From a virus (lineage: Duplodnaviria; Caudoviricetes), in IMG/VR virus record IMGVR_UViG_2933953506_000002, positions 32,001-96,000 of that record: a stretch of 64,000 nt of DNA. The stretch is one strand, 5' to 3'. The notes under the pieces were generated by a model that saw only the letters and a program-made list of their open reading frames with translations, was not told the DNA's origin and searched no databases. The position numbers and the translations under genes are program-made. Below are positions 54,711 through 64,000 of this stretch, piece after piece (within the stretch, counting starts at the first letter, position 1; each line of letters starts with the position of its first letter).

Positions 54711-57700
54711 GGGCCTGCAGGCCGGTCGCCTCGACGTGCCGGTCGTCGCCGACCTTGCAGGCTTCGCAGCGAAGCTCCGCACCGAGGTCGAATCGGCCGC
54801 CGAGGGGCTGGCCGCCAAGATCAAGGTGGAGGTCGACGCCAAGGGGCTGCGACGCCGCCTCAAGGACGTCGTCAAGGAGGCGTCCAAGGGCGTCACCGCC
54901 ACCGTCAAGGTCAGGGTCGACGAGGAGCGGTTCCGCGCCGAGATCGACGGAATCCGCCGCCGTCTCGACGACGCCGACCTCAACCTCCCCGTGCGCCCCA
55001 ACGGCGACGGGGACGGGGAGCGTAGAGGCGGACTGCTCAGCGGTCTGCGGAACCTGATCACCGGCGCCCAGGGCGAGGCCGACCGGAACCCGGTCAACGT
55101 GCCAGTGCAGATGCGCATGCCCGGCCGCGGCCGCGGTTCACTGCGGATGCTCGGCATCGGCGCGATCGTCTCCCTGCTCGAGCCCGCGGTCGCCCTCATC
55201 GGCCAGTACGGCGCCGGCCTCACCGCGCTCGTCTCAGCGGCCGCGCCCGCGGTCGGTGTCCTCGGCGCGATACCCGGGCTGATCGCCGCGGCAGGCTCCG
55301 CGGCGATCGGGACGAAGATCGCGTTCAGTGGGTTCGGCGAAGCGCTCAAGCAGTCGGCGGCCGCGCAGCAGATGCTCGCGCGGGACGGCAAGGTCACCGA
55401 GGCGCAGCAGAAGAAGCTGCAGGAGGCGCTGGACAAGCTCTCTCCGTCAGCCCGCGACGCCGTCAAGGCCGTCTCCTCGCTGCAAGGGGCGTGGAGCAAG
55501 GTCCGCATGTCGGTCAGCGACCGGTTCTTCTCCAAGGTCGCCGACGACATCAAGCCCCTGGCGAAGTCAGTCTTTCCGCTCCTGGAAGACGCCCTCGGCG
55601 ACTCCGCCGCCCAGATGGGCAGCCTCGCGGAACGTGGCGCCGAGGCCATGCAGACGGGTCCGTTCCGCAAGGACTTCAAGACCATCGCGTCGACGAACTC
55701 GCGGGTCCTCGGGCACCTGACAGACAGTCTCGCCAACGTGGGGTCCGCTACCAAGGACTTCCTGGTGGCGAGCGGGCCGTTCGTCGAGCGCGTCGCCCGC
55801 GGCGGCGAGCGGATGACCCAGTGGTTCCGCGCCTCCGTGAAGGCAGGCCGGGAGACCGGCAGCCTCGCCAAATTCCTCGATCACGCCGGAGACAAGGCCG
55901 CTCAACTCGGCCGCACGACCGGCAGCCTGATCGCGGGTTTCGGTGGCGTCGGCCGGGCCGCAATGGACACCGGCAATGCGCTGCTCAACGGCCTCGAAGG
56001 CAGCATGCTGCGGTTCGAGCGCTGGGCCAACTCGGGCGCAGGCCAGAAGGCCATGCAGCAGTTCTTCTCCGACGCTGCGCCGGTCATCCACGAGGTCAAC
56101 GCCCTGTTCGGCGACCTCATGCGCGGGATGGGCCGGTCCATGAAGGACGGCGGAATCCTCGACCTGGTCCGCCAGATCCGCACCGAGCTGATGCCGGCCT
56201 TGGGCACCTTCTTCAGCGCCCTCGGACAGACCGTCGGTCCGGCAGTCATCTCCGTCATCTCGAACGTCGCCACGGCGATCGGCAACCTCTCGGCGGCCGG
56301 CTCCGGGCTTGGGGTCCTGCTCGTGGCGTTCAGTGGACTGCTGAACGTCTTCAACACGTTGATGAGCGTCATTCCCGGCGCGAACACCGTGTTGGCGACC
56401 TTCCTCGGCACGATGCTCGCCCTCAAGGTGGTCACGGCCGTCGGGAACATGGTCCGCTCTTTCGGTACCTCCGTCACGGCCGCGGGCACCTCCGTGCGTG
56501 GACTCGGAACGACGATGCGCGGCAGCCTAGGCCCCGGCGTCCTTGGCCCGCAGATCACCATGTGGCAGCGGATGGGCCTCGCCTACTCGGGGGCCGCAGC
56601 GCAGGGGAACCGCTTCACCGGAGCCATGCGCGGGATCGGCGCGGCCAACCGCGTCGCCTCCCGGGCCATCGGTGGTATCACCTCGGCCCTAGGCGGCCCG
56701 CTCGGTATCGCGCTCGCCGGCGTCACTATCGGTCTCGGTCTCCTCGCCTCACGGCAGGAAGAGGCGGCCCGCGCCACTCAGGCCCACAAGGAGCGCGTGC
56801 AGTCCCTCACGGACGCCTTGGTCGCCTCCGGTGGCGCGATCGACGCCAACGTGAGGGCCCAGGCCGCTCAGCTCCTACAGGACACGGAACTGGCCGACGG
56901 CAAGGGCAAGTTGGTCGACATGATGTCCAAGGCGGGCGTCAGCCTCGGTGAGCTGACGAACGCCTATCTCGGCCAGGGCACGACCCTCGACGCCCTGCAG
57001 AAGGACCTTCAGTCGACGGCCGACGCGCACAAGGTATGGGTGACCACCGCGTCCGGTGCCGCGCAGGCATGGGACGACGAGGGCCTCGCAGCGATCCGCG
57101 CGAGGGATGCTCTCGGCACTGTGAAGGGCGAGCTCGGGGACGCCGCGAAGAAGCACAAGGAACTCGCCGACGCCATCAACAACTCCGGCACCACCGGCAA
57201 CTCCGCTTACGACCGTCTCGGTGCGGCCGTGCAGACGTTCGGCGACAAGACGAAGTCGGCGGACGAGCGGGTCAACGCCCTCAAGCGGGCACTGGACGCG
57301 CTCAACGGCAACACGCAGAGCTTCCACGACGCCGAGGCCCAGCTCAACGCCGTGATGCTCCAGATCGACGACACGATGAAGTCGAACATCGAGAACGCGG
57401 ACGGCTGGGGCAAGGCACTCGTCGGCAACGACAACCTGGTCGACACCTCGACGAAGAACGGCCAGACCCTCAACAGCCAGCTCACGGAACTGCGCGACAA
57501 CATGCTGGCCGTGGCGACCCGGGCGAAGGAAGCCGGGGAACAGGGCCTGATGCCCATGTCCGAAGCGATGGACAAGAGCCAGACCGCCATGGAGCAGTCC
57601 CGCGCAAAGGCCATCGCTCTCGCCAGGGACCTCGGCATCCCGAAGGAGCAGGCCAAGGCGCTCGCCGACCAGATGGGGTTCGTCCCGGACACCATCACCA

Positions 57701-58752
57701 CCCTGGTCACCGCCCAGGGAATCCCGCAGGCGACGGCCGAAATCCTCAGCCTGCGCAGCAAGCTCGAGGGCATCAAGCCGGGCAAGTCGATCAAGATTGA
57801 TGCGCCCACCGCCGCGGCCCGGCAGCAGCTCGAGGCCCTCGGCTTCACCGTGACGAAGGTTCCGGGGTCCAAGAAGGTCAGCGTCACCGCCCCCACCGGC
57901 GGCGCGCGCGTGAACATCGCAGCCCTGGCCGCGGACATCGCCAACGCCCCGGACAAGAAGAAGGTGACCGTCCAGGCCATCATCCAGAAGGCCGCGGGCG
58001 ACCTCAAAAGTGTCCAGGAGAAGGTCGCGGGCCTGCCCAAGGGCAAGAGCATCGACGTCAAGGCACCGACGAAGACCGCACAGCAGGCGCTGAAAGACCT
58101 TGGATACAAGATCAAGACCGTCGACGGCTCGAATGGCAAGACGGTGAGGATCACCGCCCCGACTGCGTCGCCGCTGGCCAATGTGCAGCGCATCCAGGGA
58201 GCGATCAACGGCCTCACCGGCAAGACCGTCAACGTCACGGTGCAGTACACCGAGTCAGGGAAGCCGGCCGTCGTACGGACGCACGCGGACGGCGGCATCG
58301 TGCACTACGCCAACGGCGGCATCCGCGCGGCGACCAACCGCATCAAGGCGTTCGCGGCCGGGGCTGAGCGGCACATTGCGCAGATCGGGCGGCCGGGCGA
58401 AATGCGCATATGGAATGAGCCGGAGACTCAGGGGGAGGCCTACATCCCTCTGGCCCCCGGCAAGCGCAAGCGCAGCGAGGCCATCCTCCAGCGCGTTGCG
58501 CAGATGTTCGGCGGACAGGTCGTGTACTTCGCTCAGGGCGCCCTCCGCCAGTACGCGGCCGGCGGCGTGCGCAGCTCCAGCCTGACCACGACCAGGCCCC
58601 GCGCGAGCACCGCCCCGGCGTCCACTCCGCTCGTCGGCGGTGACCTGAACCTGAACATGACCAGCGCCCCCACAAGCCCGAGCCAGGCATTGGGCGACGC
58701 GATGTTCGAACTGCGCCGCATCAAACTGGGAGGTGCGTATGCCTCTGGCTGA
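54703..58752 (+). CDS. tape measure protein
   Basis: 1349 aa Ala/Gly-rich helical protein with hydrophobic stretches; C-terminal HADGG...EPETQGEAYIPL. Confidence 0.92.
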   Translation: MAEGLQAGRLDVPVVADLAGFAAKLRTEVESAAEGLAAKIKVEVDAKGLRRRLKDVVKEASKGVTATVKVRVDEERFRAEIDGIRRRLDDADLNLPVRPNGDGDGERRGGLLSGLRNLITGAQGEADRNPVNVPVQMRMPGRGRGSLRMLGIGAIVSLLEPAVALIGQYGAGLTALVSAAAPAVGVLGAIPGLIAAAGSAAIGTKIAFSGFGEALKQSAAAQQMLARDGKVTEAQQKKLQEALDKLSPSARDAVKAVSSLQGAWSKVRMSVSDRFFSKVADDIKPLAKSVFPLLEDALGDSAAQMGSLAERGAEAMQTGPFRKDFKTIASTNSRVLGHLTDSLANVGSATKDFLVASGPFVERVARGGERMTQWFRASVKAGRETGSLAKFLDHAGDKAAQLGRTTGSLIAGFGGVGRAAMDTGNALLNGLEGSMLRFERWANSGAGQKAMQQFFSDAAPVIHEVNALFGDLMRGMGRSMKDGGILDLVRQIRTELMPALGTFFSALGQTVGPAVISVISNVATAIGNLSAAGSGLGVLLVAFSGLLNVFNTLMSVIPGANTVLATFLGTMLALKVVTAVGNMVRSFGTSVTAAGTSVRGLGTTMRGSLGPGVLGPQITMWQRMGLAYSGAAAQGNRFTGAMRGIGAANRVASRAIGGITSALGGPLGIALAGVTIGLGLLASRQEEAARATQAHKERVQSLTDALVASGGAIDANVRAQAAQLLQDTELADGKGKLVDMMSKAGVSLGELTNAYLGQGTTLDALQKDLQSTADAHKVWVTTASGAAQAWDDEGLAAIRARDALGTVKGELGDAAKKHKELADAINNSGTTGNSAYDRLGAAVQTFGDKTKSADERVNALKRALDALNGNTQSFHDAEAQLNAVMLQIDDTMKSNIENADGWGKALVGNDNLVDTSTKNGQTLNSQLTELRDNMLAVATRAKEAGEQGLMPMSEAMDKSQTAMEQSRAKAIALARDLGIPKEQAKALADQMGFVPDTITTLVTAQGIPQATAEILSLRSKLEGIKPGKSIKIDAPTAAARQQLEALGFTVTKVPGSKKVSVTAPTGGARVNIAALAADIANAPDKKKVTVQAIIQKAAGDLKSVQEKVAGLPKGKSIDVKAPTKTAQQALKDLGYKIKTVDGSNGKTVRITAPTASPLANVQRIQGAINGLTGKTVNVTVQYTESGKPAVVRTHADGGIVHYANGGIRAATNRIKAFAAGAERHIAQIGRPGEMRIWNEPETQGEAYIPLAPGKRKRSEAILQRVAQMFGGQVVYFAQGALRQYAAGGVRSSSLTTTRPRASTAPASTPLVGGDLNLNMTSAPTSPSQALGDAMFELRRIKLGGAYASG

Positions 58753-59677
58753 GGGCGAATTCAAGCTGACGTACAGCGCGAACGGTGTTCACCCGGGCGC
58801 CGCCTTCACCTTCGGGACCGAGCGGACGGGGTACTACCTGCTCGACGACTTCGAGGTGAAGGACACCGACATCACGGCCGGCGACACCCCGCTCCCGCGG
58901 GAGGACGGTATCCGGCACGGCCAGGACTACACCACGGGCGCCATCATCACGTTCGAGGTCGGAGTCGACACCGTCGACGCCGGAAGCACCCTGCTTGACC
59001 GGCATGGGGCGAACTTGGACGCGGTATCGGTCATGAAGCAGGCGTGGGACGCGAAGGCGGTGCGCGACCGCATGGCCACGCCCGCAGTGCTGTCGACGAC
59101 GCAGGGCGGCCGGGCACGGCGCTGGTACGGGCGGCCGCGCCAGCTTGCGAAGGCAGCGTCGAAGCTGACGCGCCAGGGGTACACGCCCGTCGTCGCCACG
59201 TTCGCCACGGCGCACACGGGCAGCTTCGACGACGTCGAGCAGAGCGTGCGCGTCGATATGGCCCCGCCCCCGCACCGCGGCATCGTGGGCCCGCTCAAGG
59301 ACCCGTTGACGATGATCGGCGAGGGAAGCGTGCGCGTCCCCGGCGAGATCGTCGTGCGCGGCAACCGCCCGGCCTGGCCGGTCATCACCATCACCGGACC
59401 GATCTCCCAACCGGTGTGCGAGTTGGTCGGCAGGTGGAAGCTGGGCCTGAACCTGACGCTCAAGGCGGGCGAGAAGGTCACCGTCGACCCGCGGCCGTGG
59501 GTCCGCACGGTCCTGCGCGGCAGCGGAAGCGTTGCGGGCCTCCTCACCAGGGGCTCACCGCTGCTCGAGGACCTGCTCATCCCGCCCGGCCGGCAGGACT
59601 TCGTACTGCGCGGCACCGACGCAACCGCCACGGCGTTCATGACGGTGGCCTGGCGCGACGCCTACGCCTACCTGTAG
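58739..59677 (+). CDS. distal tail (Dit-like) minor tail protein
   Basis: follows TMP; REDG.R.G.DY, G..PAWPVITITGPI.QP, VAWRDAY; GGAGGT RBS. Confidence 0.8.
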   Translation: MPLAEGEFKLTYSANGVHPGAAFTFGTERTGYYLLDDFEVKDTDITAGDTPLPREDGIRHGQDYTTGAIITFEVGVDTVDAGSTLLDRHGANLDAVSVMKQAWDAKAVRDRMATPAVLSTTQGGRARRWYGRPRQLAKAASKLTRQGYTPVVATFATAHTGSFDDVEQSVRVDMAPPPHRGIVGPLKDPLTMIGEGSVRVPGEIVVRGNRPAWPVITITGPISQPVCELVGRWKLGLNLTLKAGEKVTVDPRPWVRTVLRGSGSVAGLLTRGSPLLEDLLIPPGRQDFVLRGTDATATAFMTVAWRDAYAYL

Positions 59678-59756
59678 GCCACCAGGACGCGACATAAGCG
59701 CGACAGGCCCGTGATCCTCCGCTGTCCACCAGGACCAGCAGCGAGGAGAAGCAGAG

Positions 59757-60731
59757 ATGGCGTGGGACAGCGTGCCGTGGTTCACCGAGGGCGGCGCCGA
59801 GCACAGCAGTGAGGTGGCGCGGCTTCTGGCGTACGCAGCGTTCGGCGGTGCGCAGGGGGTGGTCGGCTCCGGGGACCTGGCCGTGAAGGCGCTGTCGTCG
59901 CCGGCGGCCCAGATCCAGGTACGCCCCGGAGCATGCGCGATCATCAACCGGGCCACCGGGTCGACGTACCAGGCGTACGCGGGCCGACTGCCGACGTCGG
60001 ACACGGTCAACGTCGCCGGGACCGGCACGTCTGCCCGCTCGGACCTGGTCGTGGCCCGGGTCGAAAACCCGTACTCCTACGGAGAGACCTGGCCGAACCC
60101 CTCGGACCCCGTGGTCGGGCCGTACATCTTCACGCGGATCATCTCCGGAGTGGCCAAGACGGTTACCGACGTCAGACAGGTCCGTCCCAACGACTCGGCG
60201 ATCACCCTGGCCCGCATCGACATCCCCGCGAACACCTCGGCCATCACCCAAGCGATGATCAAGGACCTGCGGGACATGGTCAGCCCTCGCCGGGACCGAC
60301 GTCTCTACACCGCGTTCCCCGACAGCCTGTCAACGCTGGCCTACTCCGACAACAAGTGGCACAACTGGCCCGGCGTGGCGTCCTGGGACATCGACGTGCC
60401 GTCGTGGGCAACCCGGGCCAAGATCGTGATGACGTTCGCGGGCTTCCGCATGACGAAGGCCGACGTGTTCGCGCGGATGCAGACCAAGTTCGGCTCCCTT
60501 CTCGGGCAGGACACCGGCATCGACGACGACCAGGGCAACAACACCCGGCGTTCCACGATCGTCCTCGCGGACAACTACGCCATCACCAGCGCGCTGCGCG
60601 GCACCACGCAGACCCTGTCCGTGCAGACGTACATGTACAAGAGCCCGACGGGCGACGTGTCCGTCGACGCCAACACCTCGATCATCGCCGATGTCGAGTT
60701 CGTCGAGAGCCCGGACGACGAGGAGGTGTGA
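59757..60731 (+). CDS. minor tail protein
   Basis: G.V...DL.V, RSDLVVARVENP, LARIDIPANTSAIT..MI.DLR; GAGGAG RBS. Confidence 0.8.
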   Translation: MAWDSVPWFTEGGAEHSSEVARLLAYAAFGGAQGVVGSGDLAVKALSSPAAQIQVRPGACAIINRATGSTYQAYAGRLPTSDTVNVAGTGTSARSDLVVARVENPYSYGETWPNPSDPVVGPYIFTRIISGVAKTVTDVRQVRPNDSAITLARIDIPANTSAITQAMIKDLRDMVSPRRDRRLYTAFPDSLSTLAYSDNKWHNWPGVASWDIDVPSWATRAKIVMTFAGFRMTKADVFARMQTKFGSLLGQDTGIDDDQGNNTRRSTIVLADNYAITSALRGTTQTLSVQTYMYKSPTGDVSVDANTSIIADVEFVESPDDEEV

Positions 60732-60734
60732 GGC

Positions 60735-61958
60735 GTGGCGACCGGGTGGCGCTTCATCGCGCAGGACGCGCTCACCGAGGAGGTGCTGGACTGGCAGGTG
60801 CCGTTCACTCTGTCCTCAAATCCGAAGCGGGATCTCTCAGGGCCGGGCGCCATGGCCGGGACCATTGATCCGGAGTACGCGCGGATGCTCGGCCCGAGCG
60901 GGGACCCGATCCTGCAGGAGTGGAGCACGAAGCTGTACCTCGAGGTAGACGGCGCGATCCGGTGGGGCGGCGTCGTCACCAAGACCGCGTACGACGGGGC
61001 GCAGGCGACGGTCAACTGTGAGGGGTTCTCGACGTATCCGCACGGCATCCCGTTCGAGGGCTACATCATCTCCGGCAAGAAGATCACGCCAAAAGACCCA
61101 TACGCGGGCAAAGATAAGAATCACGACGGATACATTGACGGATCGAACCCCAAGCGGAAGGTGCCCAAGCCCCCCAAGTCGTACGGCGGCCCCCGCATCG
61201 ACGTGTATGACGCCTTCCGCAAAATCTGGTCGCACGTCCAGTCGAAGCCCAACGGGGATATTGGCCTGGTCATCGACTCCCACGACAAGGGGGAGCTGCT
61301 GGGGACCGCCGACGGCGAGGACCCGTGGGAACTCGCCTGGTGGGACGCACCCGACTGTGGCCAGACCCTCGACACCATGGTCAATCAGTTCATGTTCGAC
61401 TGGATCGAGACGCACGCCTGGAAGGACTCGACCAGCAACACCATTACCCACCGGCTGAGGCTGGGCACGCCCCGACTCGGCCGCAAGCGCACCGACCTCC
61501 GGTTCGCGCAGGGCGAGAACATCGCCGCCATCGCCAAACCCGAGGGCATGGGTGAGGACTACGCCAACGAGGTCATCGTCCTGGGGCGCGGCGAAGGCCA
61601 GAAGATGAAGCGCATCCAAGTGGCAGACCTCTCTTCCCACGGCTGGTCACAGGGGCGGCGACTGCGCCGGGTGGCGACCGTCACCGACAAGACGCTGTCC
61701 TCGGCCGACGCGCTGCGCAAGAGGGCATCGAAGGAACTCGCCGGCCGCACGGCCGCCCTCCAGATCCCCGCCATCCAGATCATCGACCACCCCAACGCCC
61801 GGTTCGGGTCCTGGTCCCTCGGCGATGACATCCGCGTCCAGGTGCACGTCCCGTGGGTCGGGGACATCGACGTATGGCACCGCATCATCTCCGACGAGAT
61901 CAGCGCGGACGGGTTCATCACCCTCACCCTGAAAAGGTCCGACAGCTTCCACTACTAG
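60735..61958 (+). CDS. minor tail protein (Tal/baseplate hub-like)
   Basis: LSGPG...G.I, IRWGG, PRLGR.R.DLRF..GEN, YAN.V.V.G.GEG, GSW.LGDDI. Confidence 0.8.
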   Translation: MATGWRFIAQDALTEEVLDWQVPFTLSSNPKRDLSGPGAMAGTIDPEYARMLGPSGDPILQEWSTKLYLEVDGAIRWGGVVTKTAYDGAQATVNCEGFSTYPHGIPFEGYIISGKKITPKDPYAGKDKNHDGYIDGSNPKRKVPKPPKSYGGPRIDVYDAFRKIWSHVQSKPNGDIGLVIDSHDKGELLGTADGEDPWELAWWDAPDCGQTLDTMVNQFMFDWIETHAWKDSTSNTITHRLRLGTPRLGRKRTDLRFAQGENIAAIAKPEGMGEDYANEVIVLGRGEGQKMKRIQVADLSSHGWSQGRRLRRVATVTDKTLSSADALRKRASKELAGRTAALQIPAIQIIDHPNARFGSWSLGDDIRVQVHVPWVGDIDVWHRIISDEISADGFITLTLKRSDSFHY

Positions 61959-62003
61959 CCAGGACGCGACACTAACCACCTGGACCGTTGACCATCCCGC
62001 GCC

Positions 62004-64000
62004 ATGGTCAACTTCCTGGACGGTCAGTCAGACGCCAAGCGCTTCGCTGCGCTCCTGGCTGACTATGACCGGCGCCTGAAGGACCTCGAGCGCACCTCCA
62101 AGGCCGCGTACACCAGCGTCGAGGGCGGCACCCTCGACATCTACACCGAGGACGGGACGCTCGCCGGATCGGTCGGTGTGCAGCCGGACGGCGGGATCGC
62201 GCTCGTCCCCGAACCCGCGGCCGCCGCCGCGCCCCCTACGCCCGGCGCCCCGACGGTGACGTCGGCACTGTCCGGCCTCACCGTCACCTGGGATGGCTGG
62301 TGGGACGACTCCAACGCCCCGCCGACGGACTTCGCCGCCATGCAGGTGCATGTCGGCGCGGCCGCCGACTTCACCCCAGACGCCACCACGCTCGCCGCGG
62401 CCATCGTCGACGTCACCGGCGGCAGTGTCTCCCTTGCGCTGGAGGGCTATGACGAGCGATGGATACGCCTCGTCGCCCTGAACACCGCGGGCCTCGTCAG
62501 CGCCCCATCCGTGGGCGTATCTGGCAAGGCGCGGCAGGCCGTAGAGCAGGACCTGGTCGACGGGATGGTCACCGAGGTCAAGCTCGCCGAGAGCGCAGTC
62601 ACTCAGGCGAAGATCGCCCTTGGAGCAGTAGGGGCGGCCGCCCTCGCCGATGGCGCGGTCCTGGAGGAGAAGCTCGCCAAGGCCGCGGTCACTCTCGGGA
62701 AGATCGCGGACGGCGCCGTCACGATCAACGCCCTCGGCGGCGCGCTCAGCGACAGTGCAGCACAGCGCTACGTCGACGCGATGGGCGACCCGGCGGCCTG
62801 GACCGTCAACGCGCAGGGCACCGGCGCCACCTGGACCCACAAGTCCGGAATCGCCGACGCTCCTACCGGACAGACCGTCGGCGAGGCCGCGGGCTTCGCC
62901 CGGCTGCTCGGGAACACGGTCATCCCGTACGAGCCCGGCGTCCTGTACCGGCTCAGTGCCCGTGTCCGCCTCACGGCCGGCGCCTCCAACTCCTTCTATA
63001 TCGGCGTCGCCGGTATCGCTGCCGACGGCGTGACCCTGGTCAACCGCGACGGAGTCCACGGCAGCGCGAACTCGCACTACTACGTCGCCGCGTCAGGCAA
63101 GGCCATCGCACAGGCCGACGGCTGGGTGCAGGTCATCGGTTTCATCAAGGACCGGGCCGCGGCCGGGGTGAGCGGTTCGGCCGGACCGAACAACGACCCC
63201 CGGGCCGCGGGCCTGGCGCACGCCGACGTCCGGTTCATCGCGCCGTACATCTGGCTCAACTATGCGGGCCAGGGAACGACGTCGACGAGCGTCATGCAGG
63301 TCGACTGTGTGACCCTCGAGGCCCTCAAGACGGGCATCGTCGACTCCGTAAATCTGGTGGCCGGATCGGTCACCACCGCGGCGCTCGCCACGGACTCCGT
63401 GACGGCCGGGAAGGTCGCGGCCGACGCGATCAGCGCCCGAGAGCTGCAAGCGAACTCGGTCACGGCGCAGGAACTCGCCGCGAACTCCGTCACCGCGAAC
63501 GCCGTGGCGGCCGGCGCCATTACGGCCGAGAAACTGACCGTCGTTGGCGGGACGAACATCCTGCCCGACCCCAGCTTCGAGGGAGCGGTCGCCGCCTCCC
63601 TGGTGGTGGGCCTGTCGTACGCCTCGCAGGACAAGACGCGCGGCAACGGCTCGGCCGCCTCCCTCAAGATCGACTCTCGGTCCGCCACCGCCGTGTTCCG
63701 GGACATCCCGCTCACCCTGATCCCGTGCCTGGCCGGTGACCAGCTCCACCTCGCCACGGATTACTACCTCTCCGCGGACTGGGCGGGGTCCTCCGTCAAC
63801 ATTCACGCCCGCTGGGAGGACGCCGCCGGAGCAATCCTCGGCTACGGCGTCATCGGCACGACCACCGTCGTACGGGAAGCATGGACTCGGCTCGCCGGCA
63901 CGACCACTGCCCCGGCCGGAACCGTACGGGCCGCAATCCGACTTCAGGCCGCCAGCGCCACCGCGGGCGACGCCTGGTTCGACAACGCCGCGCTACGCCC
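62004..64000 (+). CDS. tail fibre / receptor-binding protein (partial, runs off window)
   Basis: open frame from ATG 62004; FN3-like LTVTWDG...MQVH, AVT..K(I/L)A repeats, CBM-like NILPDPSFE. Confidence 0.8.
   Translation, partial: MVNFLDGQSDAKRFAALLADYDRRLKDLERTSKAAYTSVEGGTLDIYTEDGTLAGSVGVQPDGGIALVPEPAAAAAPPTPGAPTVTSALSGLTVTWDGWWDDSNAPPTDFAAMQVHVGAAADFTPDATTLAAAIVDVTGGSVSLALEGYDERWIRLVALNTAGLVSAPSVGVSGKARQAVEQDLVDGMVTEVKLAESAVTQAKIALGAVGAAALADGAVLEEKLAKAAVTLGKIADGAVTINALGGALSDSAAQRYVDAMGDPAAWTVNAQGTGATWTHKSGIADAPTGQTVGEAAGFARLLGNTVIPYEPGVLYRLSARVRLTAGASNSFYIGVAGIAADGVTLVNRDGVHGSANSHYYVAASGKAIAQADGWVQVIGFIKDRAAAGVSGSAGPNNDPRAAGLAHADVRFIAPYIWLNYAGQGTTSTSVMQVDCVTLEALKTGIVDSVNLVAGSVTTAALATDSVTAGKVAADAISARELQANSVTAQELAANSVTANAVAAGAITAEKLTVVGGTNILPDPSFEGAVAASLVVGLSYASQDKTRGNGSAASLKIDSRSATAVFRDIPLTLIPCLAGDQLHLATDYYLSADWAGSSVNIHARWEDAAGAILGYGVIGTTTVVREAWTRLAGTTTAPAGTVRAAIRLQAASATAGDAWFDNAALR

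Larger units (their letters stand above)
21457..64000 (+). mobile_element. prophage virion morphogenesis module (siphovirus-like, HK97-fold capsid), truncated by the window end
   Basis: co-oriented portal, protease, capsid, adaptor, tail tube, frameshifted chaperone, tape measure, Dit, Tal-like and tail fibre genes; no sheath gene. Confidence 0.92.

Noticed and set aside
62459-63739. 426-aa plus-strand ORF
   Set aside because: Off-frame of the tail fibre gene that starts at 62004 and has no stop inside the window
21457-64000. Contractile injection system or tailocin
   Set aside because: No sheath or baseplate wedge genes; portal, protease and HK97 capsid present, with a siphovirus-type tail
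1-64000. tRNA/rRNA genes, integrase, transposase, endolysin, inteins
   Set aside because: No supporting motifs recognised by eye; a covariance-model or HMM scan is needed to exclude them formally

Overview
Very GC-rich actinobacterial DNA, most likely Streptomyces (high GC3, TTA codons confined to accessory genes, Streptomyces-type gene families). The window has three parts. (1) 1-10.5 kb is a defence-island-like accessory block: two HEPN-like proteins, a GIY-YIG/Zn-finger protein, a DUF6883-like fusion, a Zn-finger operon, an Rv2016/Rv2017-like toxin plus XRE-COG2856 pair, and a lipoprotein. (2) 10.5-21.4 kb is an XRE-TPR regulator locus (GGCT, SDR, RsbW-like ATPase, DUF6415), followed by a TauD dioxygenase / GT2 / UDP-sugar dehydrogenase / ART-like / GT4 cluster. 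(3) 21.4-64 kb is the apparently intact head and tail module of a siphovirus-type prophage, running off the right edge; no terminase or integrase is visible in the window. The main feature is a ~5,680-aa gene between the portal-MuF gene and the prohead protease. It has an N-terminal HPRDxxGRF motif, a DarB-like adenine methyltransferase plus SNF2 helicase core, a four-times repeated uncharacterised domain, three copies of the protease/scaffold C-terminal peptide, and a separate TnpV-like gene fully nested in another frame. The prohead protease is fused to a NUDIX hydrolase. The late genes share a fixed-spacing promoter motif (GCGAC, then (C/G)AnnnT 24 nt later, often leaderless), and three of these promoters carry a 29-bp palindromic operator. 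All family assignments come from motif recognition by eye, not from database searches.
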